Below, piece by piece: positions 1 through 10,343 of a stretch of DNA of 64,000 bases. The stretch comes from Patescibacteria group bacterium (lineage in GTDB: Bacteria > Patescibacteriota > Doudnabacteria > UBA920 > O2-02-FULL-48-8). The notes under the pieces are model-generated. The model had not been told where the DNA came from. It searched no databases and saw only the letters and a program-made list of their open reading frames with translations. How positions within the stretch are numbered: position 1 is the first letter of the stretch; each line of letters starts with the position of its first letter. The stretch lies in contig DASUKB010000001.1 of the NCBI GenBank assembly GCA_036278915.1, positions 237,186-301,185 of the forward strand, written 5' to 3'. Position numbers and translations under genes: made by a program.

Positions 1-888
1 GAGTCAAAATTCAAACCTTGCCTTTGTAATTCTTTTTCTGCTTCAGAGTCAACGGGAATTTCGTGGAAGATTTCCGTCTCATGCCGTTTGGGATTTTTGT
101 TTTCTTCTTGCACAAGCTCCCGAATAGTTTTTTGCCCGTTGCCGACAACGCAAGGTCGGTTTCGGCTCAAGACGGCCGCTGCTTTTCCGCCAATGACTGT
201 GGCGCGGTAAACTTTTCCTTGGAGCTGCTGTTCTACCAGCACAAACGGCGAAAGCTGCTTAGCTTTTTTAAAAGCTTGCCGCAATTGGGCTTCGGTTTTT
301 ATATGCACAGTCGTATGCCGGCTGCGGGAACCCTGGCTTGGCTTAATTATTGTATCGCCATTGATGGAGCGGAATATTCTGAGCGCTTTTGAATACCGAA
401 AACACGCGCCTCCAACTGCTACTGGAATACTGTTTTCTTGGAAGTGGCGGCGCATGGTGGGCTTGTCGTCCATCCACCAGAAACCTTCTGACAGTGGTTT
501 TTGGGGCCTGGGAATTTCATAGAAAAATTTAGATTCGTTTCCATATATTGCCACAAATGTTTCCAGTGGCCGGCCCAGCAGGCGAAATTCATAAATTTTG
601 ATCCCAAGTTTTTTTGCCGATTCCCACAAGGCTTGCGCCCGCAAACTATTGTGCGCATTCGGTTCTTGGTTTATAGAACCTAGCCCCAATGAGGTAAGCA
701 GGCGAAAAATCGGCAGCGCCAAACGATCGAGGCGCATAGGCAAAAATATTGGCGCAAAAATTGAGCGGCGAATTTGAATATTGATTTTATTCAATGGAGA
801 AAGCAGCCAATCGGCGAGGACTGATATGTATTGCGCGAGATGGTCGACCTGCGCTGGGCCGCAGTCTGGGCAAATTTTTTCTTTCATC
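1..888 (-). CDS. ATP-grasp ligase, cyanophycin-synthetase-N-terminal/RimK-like; partial, C-terminus lies beyond the window start
   Basis: My own translation of the minus strand from ATG at 888 is uninterrupted to position 1 (MKEKICPDCG...KPSQGSRSRHTTVHIKTEAQLRQAF...VIGGKAAAVLSRNRPCVVGNGQKTIRELVQEENKNPKR). This pattern is typical of ATP-grasp domains of CphA/RimK-type ligases. It is absent from the ORF track because no stop codon falls within the window. Confidence 0.5.
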
Positions 889-931
889 TAAAAATTATAG
901 CATTGAATCCGGTTTATGCTAAACTAAGCTT

Positions 932-2047
932 ATGAAACGGGCTCAATTTATAATCTTCATAGGTTCGGTGCTGGCAATCTTGTTTTTGTCGCATTTCATA
1001 GTGTACGAAGTTGCCGTGCAATTGTTTGGCTTTTCGGGCCTGGGCCTTACTTGGTTACGGATAATTTTAATAATCTTGGCTTTAAGCTTTGTACCGGCGC
1101 AGGTCCTGACTGTCTGGTTTTATAATTTATGGACGAAAATTTTCTACCGCGTGTCAGTAATTTGGCTTGGGTTTTTGATGTACTTGTTTCTGGCCGCTTG
1201 CGTCTACGCAATCGTTTTGGGGTTGTCTAGTCTGTCAGGCGCAGGGTGGAACTTCAAGGAATTTGGTATTGGATTATTTTTATTCGCGGTTCTTGTGGGC
1301 ATCTATGCGCTCATTCACGCCCGAGATATCTGCGTGAAAAAATTACGCATCAACCTACCTAATCTCCCGGCAGAGTGGGTCGGCAAAAAAATTCTATTTG
1401 TAAGCGATTTACATCTGGGACAAATCTATGGGCGTAAATTTGCCGCCAAAGTGCGTGATCGTATAAACGCTCTCAATCCTGAACTTGTTCTCATAGGCGG
1501 TGATCTGTATGACGGCGGCCGCGTGGATAAACCGGCTATCATAAGCCCGCTGTCTGGGATTACCGCACCTAGAGGAATTTATTTTATAACCGGCAATCAT
1601 GATGGCTTTTCCGAAAAAGATACGATTCAGGATATTGCGGCAATTACGCAAGCGGACATCAAAGTCTTGCGTGATCAGTTTGTAGATCTAGATGGCTTGC
1701 AGGTGGTGGGCGTGGATTATCGACATACAATCAAGATGGATGCTTACGAAACTGTTCTCAAACAGCTTGCAATTGATACGAGTAGACCGTCGATTCTGCT
1801 GCGGCACGTGCCCGTGTTTACGGAAATTGCCGAACGCCGCGGCATTTCACTGCAGCTTTCAGGCCATACGCATCGCGGCCAGGTTTGGCCAGTGAGTCTG
1901 ATTCCAAATCTGGTCTACAAGCAGTTTGCCTACGGCCTTAAGTCCCAGGGCAGCATGCGCGTTTACACTTCGTCTGGAGTGGGGACTTGGGGGCCGCCGT
2001 TTCGCGTGGGCACCGATTCGGAACTGGTGCTCATAGAGCTTGGGTAA
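932..2047 (+). CDS. membrane-anchored calcineurin-like metallophosphoesterase (YkuE-like)
   Basis: About 140 aa of N-terminal TM helices, then phosphoesterase motifs DLHLG, GGDLYD, GNHD, GHTHRGQ. Confidence 0.8.
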   Translation: MKRAQFIIFIGSVLAILFLSHFIVYEVAVQLFGFSGLGLTWLRIILIILALSFVPAQVLTVWFYNLWTKIFYRVSVIWLGFLMYLFLAACVYAIVLGLSSLSGAGWNFKEFGIGLFLFAVLVGIYALIHARDICVKKLRINLPNLPAEWVGKKILFVSDLHLGQIYGRKFAAKVRDRINALNPELVLIGGDLYDGGRVDKPAIISPLSGITAPRGIYFITGNHDGFSEKDTIQDIAAITQADIKVLRDQFVDLDGLQVVGVDYRHTIKMDAYETVLKQLAIDTSRPSILLRHVPVFTEIAERRGISLQLSGHTHRGQVWPVSLIPNLVYKQFAYGLKSQGSMRVYTSSGVGTWGPPFRVGTDSELVLIELG

Positions 2048-2084
2048 GGGATTTGACACCGGAACGAGAAAAGTGTATCCTAAG

Positions 2085-2106
2085 TAGGAAATTCATACAT
2101 TTCCTA
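2085..2106. promoter_or_regulatory. perfect 8-bp-arm inverted repeat (TAGGAAAT-N6-ATTTCCTA) just upstream of the AbrB-like gene; candidate operator
   Basis: taggaaattcatacatttccta lies 6 nt before the ATG at 2112. Confidence 0.35.
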
Positions 2107-2111
2107 TTTTT

Positions 2112-2336
2112 ATGCTCAAGAACAAACAGGGCAAAGGGTTTTACGGAATTACGACAGTGGGCGAGAAAGGCCAGGCGGTGATACCTGCTTCTGCCCGGAA
2201 AGCTTTGTCGCTCAAAAAAGGCGACAAGCTTTTGGTGTTTGGACGCGGGCAACTGCTGGCATTTTCCAAGCTTTCCGACTTGGAACACATTGCGCACGCT
2301 TTGGCAGAGCGCCTGGATTCATACAGACTATTATAA
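2112..2336 (+). CDS. AbrB/SpoVT/MazE-type DNA-binding domain protein
   Basis: GITTVGEKGQAVIPASARKALSLKKGDKLLV matches the swapped-hairpin AbrB fold signature. Confidence 0.6.
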   Translation: MLKNKQGKGFYGITTVGEKGQAVIPASARKALSLKKGDKLLVFGRGQLLAFSKLSDLEHIAHALAERLDSYRLL

Positions 2337-2374
2337 AAAAGCAGTCTTCTAAAAGACGCAGTTAATTTTCAATT

Positions 2375-3043
2375 ATGCCCGTAATTTCCGCCAAAGAAAT
2401 ATCCAAAATATATGAGACCGCAGATGCGACACCCGTGCTTTCGGGTGTGTCTTTGGATATTGCCAAAGGGGAGAGTGTGGCTATAATCGGTAAATCTGGC
2501 AGCGGCAAATCCACTTTTATGCACATTTTGGCAACGCTCGACAAGCCCACCACCGGAAGCTTGGAAATCGACGGTGCGGATGCGCTCAAACTTTCCTCCC
2601 GCGCGCTCGATAGTTTGCGCAACCGCAAATTTGGTTTTGTATTCCAACAGTTTTTCTTAAATGGCCGCGATACAAGCTTGGACAATGTCGCATTGCCGCT
2701 GGTCATAGCCGGCGTGCCTTTGGGCGAGCGCCGCAGGAAAGCCTTGGAAATGCTTACTGCAGTTGGATTGTCTGAGCAGGCGAAAATGCTCGCGGCAAAT
2801 CTTTCAGGGGGGCAGAAACAGCGGCTGGTGATTGCGCGGGCGCTGGTCACGGACCCGGAAGTCATATTTGCCGACGAGCCGACCGGGAATCTGGATACGG
2901 AAAACGGAAAAATTGTCACAGATTTGCTGTTTGGATTGCAAAAAGAGAAAGGGATTACTTTGGTAATTGTGACCCACGATACGGATTTGGCCAAACTTTG
3001 CGATCGGGTGGTGCACATAAAAGACGGACGAATTGTCGCATGA
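2375..3043 (+). CDS. ABC transporter ATP-binding protein (MacB/LolD/FtsE family)
   Basis: Walker A GKSGSGKST, signature LSGGQKQRLVIARAL, Walker B IFADEPTGNLD. Confidence 0.9.
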   Translation: MPVISAKEISKIYETADATPVLSGVSLDIAKGESVAIIGKSGSGKSTFMHILATLDKPTTGSLEIDGADALKLSSRALDSLRNRKFGFVFQQFFLNGRDTSLDNVALPLVIAGVPLGERRRKALEMLTAVGLSEQAKMLAANLSGGQKQRLVIARALVTDPEVIFADEPTGNLDTENGKIVTDLLFGLQKEKGITLVIVTHDTDLAKLCDRVVHIKDGRIVA

Positions 3044-4308
3044 AAATTATTGATCTTTTAAAAACTTCCCAGAAAAATTTGGTCCGGTCCAAGCTCCGGA
3101 CGTTTTTGACTATTTTGGCCGTGATTATAGGTACGTTTACAATTTCTCTGACAAACGGCGTGGGTAATGGCGTGAAGGCTTACATAAACAAAGAGCTGGG
3201 GAATGTTGGTGTCAATAACGCGTTTGTGGTTCAGGCAAGAGCTCCTTCGGAAGGTCCGGTGGGAAGCGACGTTGTGGAGTATGACCCAAAAACCACAAAG
3301 GGCAGTTTTGGTAATTTACTTTTGACTGACAAAGACCTCGCTAATATCCAGCAAATCCGGAATGTCGCAAGTGTCATTCCTGCCTATACCATGCAGATTG
3401 ACTATATCTCCACTGGATCCGCCAAATATGTGGCTAGTGCCAGCCAATACACGCAGGGGTTAAATTTGGCCATGGCCGCGGGCAGAGTTGTGGATTCAAA
3501 TCAGGCAGACGAGGTGAGTTTGCCGATCAGGTATTTATCTTATTTGGGATTTGCGAATGCCAACGATGCAATTGGCAAAAAACTCATTCTTGGTTACAAA
3601 AATTCCCAAGCGCAAGAGGTTGAAAAATCTCTAACGATTGTCGGAGTGCAGGAAGAGTCTCTGCTCGGTAATTCATCGGTCTATATAACATCCGCTGAAG
3701 CGCAGGCCGTATCCGCGGATCAAAATGCAGGCAACGCCAATCTTGCGAACGCCTATCCAATGGCGTTGGTGGAGTTCGATGAGAATCTTCCGCAAGCGCA
3801 AATCGATGAACTTAAATCCACGCTAGAAGCGAACAATTACACAGCCGATACGATCCAGGACCAGATTGGGATGTTCAGCAAAGTTATAAATGGAATTATT
3901 ATCGGTCTGGATATTTTTGGGGTGATCACGCTTTTGGTGGCCGGGTTTGGGATTGTGAATACATTATTTATGGCAGTCAACGAACGAACGTCGGAAATCG
4001 GGCTTATGAAAGCACTTGGCGCAAATTCGAAGACGGTATTCGCGATTTTTTCTCTGGAAGCCGCGTCAATTGGTTTCTGGGGTGCTATAATTGGTATTGC
4101 GTTGAGCGTTGGAGCGGGTAAAATTGCCAATCGATATGCTTCAAGCCATTTTTTGAAAGACTTCGCAGGATTCCATCTTTTGGCTTTCCCAATTCCGAAT
4201 TCAATTTTAATTTTAGCCGGCATTGTCGTGCTGGCGTTTTTTGCGGGCGCCTTGCCTTCTGTTAAAGCCAGCCGCCTGGATCCTATAAAAGCTTTGCGTT
4301 ACGAATAA
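3041..4308 (+). CDS. ABC transporter permease, FtsX/MacB-like
   Basis: N-terminal TM, large extracytoplasmic domain, C-terminal FtsX-type 3-TM bundle. ATG at 3041 overlaps the upstream ATPase stop. Confidence 0.8.
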
Positions 4309-4309
4309 T

Positions 4310-6055
4310 ATGGCCGATTCAACCAATAAAATAGAAAATCCTTCGTGGACCAGCCTGTTCCGGCTGTTCCGGCCGTACTGGCTGCCTATCGTAGTTTTGG
4401 TAGTGCTCACGATTGCCGGCAACGGACTCAATTTAGTGGTGCCCAAAATTATTTCTCACGGCATTGATTCGTTTTTGGGAAGGACATTCCGGTTTGAGAC
4501 GTTTATCCTGGAATTTCTCGTCGTTGGGCTGGTGATTTTTATTTTGGGTTACCTGCAGGCAGTGGTCCAGACATATGCCGCCGAACGCGTGGCGCGGGAT
4601 TTGCGCAACCAGCTTTCAGACAAAATTTCGAGTCAGGATTACGCTTATGTTGAACGGGTTTCTTCTGCGAAACTTCTCACCAATTTAACTTCCGACGTGG
4701 ATGCAGTGAAAATGTTCGTGTCTCAGGCGATTTCATCTATTATTTCGTCGGTGTTTCTTATCCTCGGGGCTAGCATCTTGCTTTTGCTCATCAACTGGCG
4801 GCTTGCTCTGGCCGTGCTCGGGATTGTTCCATTTATTGGAATCGTATTTTATCTGGTGCTGTCGCGCATACGCAAATTGTTCAAGCGCTCGCAGGAGGCT
4901 ATCGATTGGCTCAACAAAGTCATCAATGAGAGTATCCTCGGCGCGGCGCTCATACGGCTCCTCAATTCCCAACAGTTTGAATACGAAAAATTTATGGATG
5001 CCAATACCGAGTCCTACAATCTCGGCATGAGCATATTGCGCTTGTTTGCGGGACTCATACCAGCAATCACGTTTGCCACAAACCTTGCGACACTTTTGAT
5101 CTTGGCTTACGGCGGGCATCTCATAATAATCGGCAATTTAAGCCTGGGCGACTATACGGCCTTCAATAGTTATTTGGCGATTCTAATTTTCCCGATTCTT
5201 TTAATAGGTATTATGTCCAACGTCATTGCCAGATCGGCCGCATCTTATCAGCGCATAGAAGAAGTTTTGCATGCACCCATACCGGACAAAGGCGGCGGGT
5301 TGACGGCGGAATTGACCGGCAAGATTTCAGTGGAGGATGTGTCTTTGCGTTTCGGCGAAAAGAAAGCTTTGCGCGAGGTTTCTTTGGCGATTGCTCCAAA
5401 AAGCAAGACTGCGATTATCGGCCCCACGGCCGCCGGGAAAACCCAGCTTTTATACCTGCTCACCGGACTCATCAAACCAGAATCAGGGAAAATTTTGTAT
5501 GACGGCCACCCAATCAGCGACTACAACAAGGAATCCCTGCACTCGCAAATCGGCTTTGTATTTCAAGACAGCATAATTTTTAATATGACTCTGCGTGAAA
5601 ATATTGCTTTCAGCAACTCTGCCACCGATGAATCTCTGGCGCTGGCTATCCGAACCGCGGAACTTTCAGACTTTATACAAAGACTGCCGGAAAAATTAGA
5701 CACGGTCGTTTCTGAACGCGGATCCAACCTCTCCGGCGGCCAAAAGCAGCGCATAATGCTGGCGCGCGCACTGGCGCTCAATCCTAAAATTCTGCTTTTG
5801 GACGAATTTACGGCTCGTGTGGACGCTGCCACCGAGAAAAAAGTTTTGGCGAACATCGCGGCCAATTATCCGGATTTAACTTTGATTTCCGTAACCCAGA
5901 CTATTGCCTCGGTCGAACACTACGACCAGATTATATTGCTTATGGAAGGGGAGATTCTATCGTCCGGCCGGCATGAACAGTTGCTGCATACCTCACCTGA
6001 ATACGTTCAGATTTTTAACTCTCAAGCTAGTACCAACCAGCATGAATCCCGTTAG
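4310..6055 (+). CDS. ABC exporter, fused permease/ATPase (MsbA/MdlA-type), subunit 1 of a heterodimeric pair
   Basis: 6-TM N-terminal domain plus NBD with GPTAAGKTQL, LSGGQKQRIMLARAL, LLLDEFTA. Confidence 0.9.
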   Translation: MADSTNKIENPSWTSLFRLFRPYWLPIVVLVVLTIAGNGLNLVVPKIISHGIDSFLGRTFRFETFILEFLVVGLVIFILGYLQAVVQTYAAERVARDLRNQLSDKISSQDYAYVERVSSAKLLTNLTSDVDAVKMFVSQAISSIISSVFLILGASILLLLINWRLALAVLGIVPFIGIVFYLVLSRIRKLFKRSQEAIDWLNKVINESILGAALIRLLNSQQFEYEKFMDANTESYNLGMSILRLFAGLIPAITFATNLATLLILAYGGHLIIIGNLSLGDYTAFNSYLAILIFPILLIGIMSNVIARSAASYQRIEEVLHAPIPDKGGGLTAELTGKISVEDVSLRFGEKKALREVSLAIAPKSKTAIIGPTAAGKTQLLYLLTGLIKPESGKILYDGHPISDYNKESLHSQIGFVFQDSIIFNMTLRENIAFSNSATDESLALAIRTAELSDFIQRLPEKLDTVVSERGSNLSGGQKQRIMLARALALNPKILLLDEFTARVDAATEKKVLANIAANYPDLTLISVTQTIASVEHYDQIILLMEGEILSSGRHEQLLHTSPEYVQIFNSQASTNQHESR

Positions 6056-6061
6056 AAATTT

Positions 6062-7825
6062 ATGAATTACAAACTTAACATCACAACCGCCAGTCGGAAA
6101 AAAACCAGCCTCAAAGCTGCTATAAAAACTTTGACACCGCTTTTGGCGGGGGAAAAGCGCAATTTAATTTTTGCGTTTGCGGCAATTTTGGTTAGCGCCG
6201 CTTCCACGCTGTTTGCGCCGATTATCATAAGCCATGTCATCGACAAATTTATTCCCGTCCGAGACTACCATGGCGTGCTGGTGTATTCCGGAATTCTTTT
6301 GGCCGTGTTTGCCGCAGGACTTGCTTCAAGTTATATACAAACCCTAAGCATGGGTTTTGTGGGGCGCAAAGTTTTGTTTAATTTGCGCAACGCAATATTT
6401 ACAAAGCTTCAGGAATTGCCCGTAGCATTTTTCAACCAGAACAAAGCCGGGGATTTGATTTCGCGCATAAACAACGACACGGACAAGCTTAATCAATTTT
6501 TCTCGCAGGCTCTCATGCAGTTTATCGGCAGTTTTTTCCTCATTGCCGGTGCCGGTATTTTCGTTATCGTCCTCAATTTCCGCTTAGGCGCGGCCTCGCT
6601 GGCGCCGGCGTTGCTGGTATTGGTTGTGACGCAAATAATTTCGGCCTGGGTCAAGCGCAGAAACACCCGGTCGCTTCAGACGCTGGGGTCTTTAAGTTCG
6701 GAAGTCCAGGAAAGCTTGGTAAACTTTAAAGTTATTGTCGCATTTAACCGCCTTGACTATTTCCGCCAAAAATTCGGGCAGGTTAACCAAAACAATTACG
6801 AAACTTCGGTGGATGCCGGAATCGCCAATAATATTTTTACGCCGCTTTATGGATTGGCTTCAAACCTGGCGCAGCTGACTGTAATTGCCTATGGCATTTA
6901 TCTTATAATGGGCGGGCATTTAACCATCGGCTTGCTCATCGGCTTCCTGCTGTACGTCAATAATTTTTATAATCCCCTGCGCCAGCTGGCAAATGTCTGG
7001 TCCACGCTGCAGCTGGCTTTGGCCGCGTTTGATCGCGTGTCCGAGGTCTTGGCTTTGGAATCCGATATGCCTATGGTTGTGGATGAAATTGCGTCTGAAG
7101 CGGGGGACGACGTCTTGGCTTTCCAAAACGTCAGTTTCCATTATCCTGACGGTAAGGATGTTTTGCGTGATATTAATTTTACGCTCAAGCGCGGCAAAAC
7201 TTACGCGCTGGTTGGTCCCACTGGCGGCGGCAAAACCACCACGGCTTCGCTTATGGCCAGGCTTTACGATCCAACTTCCGGCAAAGTGGAGTTTTTGGGA
7301 CGAGATATCCGCTCTTACAGTCCGCGCGAACGCGGGGACGGGATCGGATTTATCCTACAGGAGCCGTTTCTGTTTACCGGCACGGTGCGGGACAATTTGC
7401 TTTATGGCAATCACGAGTATGTCGATTTTTCCAATGACCAGCTGAATGCGGTTTTGGAACAGGATGGCTTATCTAAACTCCTGTCGCGGTTTACCGATGG
7501 TTTGGACACCGAAGTCACGGTCTCTGGAAACAGCATCAGTCTCGGCCAGAAGCAGCTGATAGCTTTTATGCGCGCGTTTTTACGCAAACCCAAGCTGCTT
7601 ATTTTGGATGAAGCCACAGCCAACGTTGACACCGTCACCGAGCAGCTCCTGGAAGAAATTTTGACCAAATTGCCCAAGGACACAACCAAAGTCATAATCG
7701 CGCACCGGTTGAATACCATAAAGCGCGCTGATCAGATTTTCTTCATCAACGCGGGTGAAATTACGCCGGCCGGATCTATGGAACACGCGGTGGAAATGTT
7801 GCTTTCCGGCCAGCGCCAAAGTTAA
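6062..7825 (+). CDS. ABC exporter, fused permease/ATPase, subunit 2 of a heterodimeric pair
   Basis: GPTGGGKTT, LSLGQKQLIAFMRAF (degenerate signature typical of the partner subunit), ILDEATANVD. Confidence 0.9.
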   Translation: MNYKLNITTASRKKTSLKAAIKTLTPLLAGEKRNLIFAFAAILVSAASTLFAPIIISHVIDKFIPVRDYHGVLVYSGILLAVFAAGLASSYIQTLSMGFVGRKVLFNLRNAIFTKLQELPVAFFNQNKAGDLISRINNDTDKLNQFFSQALMQFIGSFFLIAGAGIFVIVLNFRLGAASLAPALLVLVVTQIISAWVKRRNTRSLQTLGSLSSEVQESLVNFKVIVAFNRLDYFRQKFGQVNQNNYETSVDAGIANNIFTPLYGLASNLAQLTVIAYGIYLIMGGHLTIGLLIGFLLYVNNFYNPLRQLANVWSTLQLALAAFDRVSEVLALESDMPMVVDEIASEAGDDVLAFQNVSFHYPDGKDVLRDINFTLKRGKTYALVGPTGGGKTTTASLMARLYDPTSGKVEFLGRDIRSYSPRERGDGIGFILQEPFLFTGTVRDNLLYGNHEYVDFSNDQLNAVLEQDGLSKLLSRFTDGLDTEVTVSGNSISLGQKQLIAFMRAFLRKPKLLILDEATANVDTVTEQLLEEILTKLPKDTTKVIIAHRLNTIKRADQIFFINAGEITPAGSMEHAVEMLLSGQRQS

Positions 7826-7864
7826 TGATTGTTTGACAGGCTTAAACTTTGCTATACTTAGTGT

Positions 7865-8239
7865 ATGAACGAAAATGAGCTGGGCAGCCAGCTTAAAATT
7901 TATACCGAGCTTAGAAAAGAAAATAAAGATATAAATGTCGCGGCACTTGCTTTGGCCGCGCTTGCCGATCATCAATCCAATCTGCTCACGCCCAAAGAGA
8001 AGCGCATTGCGTATCTCATATCCTTGTCGTTGCCGCCATTTGGCGCGCTCTACGCACTCAAATTTTACACCTCAGGCAAATCTGACGGCAAAACTGCCGC
8101 GTATATGTGCCTGGGCCTAACCGTGGCCTCTATTCTGTCATTATTTTTGATTACCGGGTTAATGTTCAAGAGTTCCGGACTAAGCACGCAGCAGCTGGAA
8201 CAAGCCCCGCAGCAGTACCAGGATCTGTTGGCCCCCTAA
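7865..8239 (+). CDS. hypothetical membrane protein
   Basis: ORF with two hydrophobic segments and its own upstream AT-rich promoter; no recognisable family. Confidence 0.4.
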   Translation: MNENELGSQLKIYTELRKENKDINVAALALAALADHQSNLLTPKEKRIAYLISLSLPPFGALYALKFYTSGKSDGKTAAYMCLGLTVASILSLFLITGLMFKSSGLSTQQLEQAPQQYQDLLAP

Positions 8240-8278
8240 TTAATTGCCAAATCCAAGCATTAGTTCTAAAATGCTTCT

Positions 8279-8764
8279 ATGGAAGCATTTTTTAACGAAT
8301 TCAGAAGCCCGACCTTCGGCAAACTGGATTTTGAAGGGGTCTGGGACAAACTTCTTGACTACATTGGTGTTGCGCCGGGACTTGAGTACGAACTTATAAT
8401 TGGCACGGATTCCATGCCGAGCGGCACGGAGGCTGAATTTGTATCGGCAATCGTAGTGCACCGCAAAAATTCAGGCGGCATTTATTTTTGGTCCAAACGT
8501 CATCGAGTCGGATTTCATACCCTGCGCCAGAGAATTTTTCAGGAAGCATTGGATTCGCTCAAACTCGCCGAGCAGTTGATCGGCCGTCTTAAGGAAAAAA
8601 ACATTACTGATTTTAATTTGACCATCCATGTCGACGTCGGGCCAAACGGCCAGACCAGACAAATGATCCACGAAGTCGTGGGCATGATCAAAGGTTCCGG
8701 ATTTGCGGTGAAGACGAAACCTGAATCCTACGGCGCGTCATCCGTGGCGGATAGGCATACATAA
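8279..8764 (+). CDS. DUF458/YkuK-like RNase H-fold protein
   Basis: ELIIGTDS motif and about 160 aa size resemble the YkuK family, recalled from memory. Confidence 0.45.
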   Translation: MEAFFNEFRSPTFGKLDFEGVWDKLLDYIGVAPGLEYELIIGTDSMPSGTEAEFVSAIVVHRKNSGGIYFWSKRHRVGFHTLRQRIFQEALDSLKLAEQLIGRLKEKNITDFNLTIHVDVGPNGQTRQMIHEVVGMIKGSGFAVKTKPESYGASSVADRHT

Positions 8765-8805
8765 AATAAGCTAAAAGTTGGAAATCAAAAGTGAAAAGTA
8801 CCAAT

Positions 8806-8832
8806 TTTTGGTGCTTTTTTATTTTCCACAAC
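8806..8832 (+). terminator. intrinsic terminator hairpin with T-run
   Basis: aagtaccaatttttggtgctttttt. Confidence 0.5.
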
Positions 8833-8928
8833 ACTGTACATATAACCACAATGCTTTGCCTTATTGCCCAACTGCCTTTGTGTTAAATGGTCAGTTGATG
8901 TTGTGCCAATATACATTAGAATCAATTC

Positions 8929-9156
8929 ATGGACGGAATTAGAGAATTCTTTTATTGGAGCGCGAGCATAGCCTCAATCTTGATCGGACTGTTTGTGTTG
9001 GCAATGTTTGGGTTATTGTTTTACCTGAAGCGAGCCGCAGATTCCGGCTTGCGGAAACTTGATTTTATGTCAGAACAGGTCAGGTCCGCGGGCCGAACCT
9101 GGCGAAACCTTGCATTTACTCGATTTCTTATTAGGACATTAAGGTTTATTTTCTAA
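8929..9156 (+). CDS. small hypothetical membrane protein
   Basis: One TM helix followed by a basic tail. Confidence 0.3.
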   Translation: MDGIREFFYWSASIASILIGLFVLAMFGLLFYLKRAADSGLRKLDFMSEQVRSAGRTWRNLAFTRFLIRTLRFIF

Positions 9157-9160
9157 ATTT

Positions 9161-9529
9161 ATGTTCTACGATAAATATTATAGACACAGGAATAATTCTT
9201 TGGGCATAGGGCTGCTGGCTTTTGCCGCAGGAGCCGTAGCATGGGCTTTATTCGGCGAAAAAATCCGCACAGGACTGAAAGAAAGTGAAAAGTTTCAGGA
9301 CCTCAAAGATGAAGTTTATGAAAAGGCTTCAAATATGGCGGATCTGACCCGGGAAAAATATGACAAATTTGTAGATGAAGCCGCCAGTCAATACGCCACG
9401 GTGCGCGGTATTTCTCAGAACGAATTGCGCGACCTTGTTTCAGATCTCAAGTGGCACTGGCATCGGATCAAATCATCATGGAAAAATAACCGGTATTCGG
9501 ATGCGGGGAATTCGTTTGGAGAACATTAA
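9161..9529 (+). CDS. YtxH-like general stress protein (membrane anchor plus coiled coil)
   Basis: N-terminal GIGLLAFAAGAVAWALF anchor and charged helical body, as in YtxH/DUF948. Confidence 0.5.
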   Translation: MFYDKYYRHRNNSLGIGLLAFAAGAVAWALFGEKIRTGLKESEKFQDLKDEVYEKASNMADLTREKYDKFVDEAASQYATVRGISQNELRDLVSDLKWHWHRIKSSWKNNRYSDAGNSFGEH

Positions 9530-9553
9530 TTTTATTGGAAAGGGGTGATATAA

Positions 9554-9820
9554 ATGAGTGTTATAACATGGATTATTCTCGGTGGACTGGCCGGCTGGAT
9601 AGCCAGTATCGTCATGCACACGGATGCGGAAATGGGGATTCCCGCCAATATTATAGTGGGAATTGTGGGCGCGCTCTTAGGCGGCTGGCTTATGACGCTG
9701 TTCGGCGGCCCCTCGGTGACTGGATTCAACTTCTCCAGCCTGATTGTGGCGATTTTGGGTGCAATCATTCTGCTTTGGGTCGTGCGCGGGTTCCGCACAC
9801 CGCTTTCAGGAAGATACTGA
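9554..9820 (+). CDS. GlsB/YeaQ/YmgE family stress-response membrane protein
   Basis: ILGGLAGWIASIVM...IVGIVGALLGGWL glycine-zipper TM pair typical of the transglycosylase-associated family. Confidence 0.8.
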   Translation: MSVITWIILGGLAGWIASIVMHTDAEMGIPANIIVGIVGALLGGWLMTLFGGPSVTGFNFSSLIVAILGAIILLWVVRGFRTPLSGRY

Positions 9821-9845
9821 TAAACTAATTTCTAATTACTAATTG

Positions 9846-9880
9846 ATCTAAAAAAATCCCCTTGAGGGGATTTTTTTATG
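9846..9880. terminator. bidirectional intrinsic terminator between convergent genes
   Basis: aaaaaaatcccctTGAGgggatttttttat: A-run, hairpin, T-run. Confidence 0.7.
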
Positions 9881-9884
9881 TCTG

Positions 9885-10208
9885 TTAAAGGCCGAGGATA
9901 TTTTTTAGCTTCTGTTCGATTACCGGCTTGGGCGCGGCGCCCATAATTTCACCAATGACCTTGCCGGACTTGAATACTTTAAGCGAGGGGATGGATGAGA
10001 TAAAATATTCCTGCGTGGTTCGGGGGTTTTCATCGACGTTCATCTTTCCAACTTTAAGATGGTCTTTGAGTTCTTCCGCCAATTGGGTAACTGCGGGAGA
10101 AACCATTCTGCATGGGCCGCACCATTCGGCCCAGAAATCCACCAAAAAAGGCTTCTCCGAAGTTAAGACTTCGGCTTTGAAATTATCATCAGTTATTGTA
10201 AGCTCCAT
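9885..10208 (-). CDS. trxA: thioredoxin
   Basis: WAEWCGPCRM active site; start taken at MELTITDDNF. Confidence 0.85.
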   Translation of the reverse strand: MELTITDDNFKAEVLTSEKPFLVDFWAEWCGPCRMVSPAVTQLAEELKDHLKVGKMNVDENPRTTQEYFISSIPSLKVFKSGKVIGEIMGAAPKPVIEQKLKNILGL

Positions 10209-10343
10209 ATTTTCCTTTCTTGCCCTTCGGACGGGCCTTTCCGCGTTAGTTGTTGCCGGATAATTATAACTGAAGGCTTGCATTTTGTCTAAATAGTTAT
10301 TTTTTAGTAAGATTGATAAGAAATTTACCGGTAGAAACCAAAA

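Noticed and set aside
63-392. 109-aa plus-strand ORF at the window start
   Set aside because: It lies antisense inside the continuous ATP-grasp reading frame (1..888, minus strand). Poor coding character.
2362-3018. 218-aa minus-strand ORF
   Set aside because: Antisense to the ABC ATPase gene, whose Walker and signature motifs are unambiguous on the plus strand.
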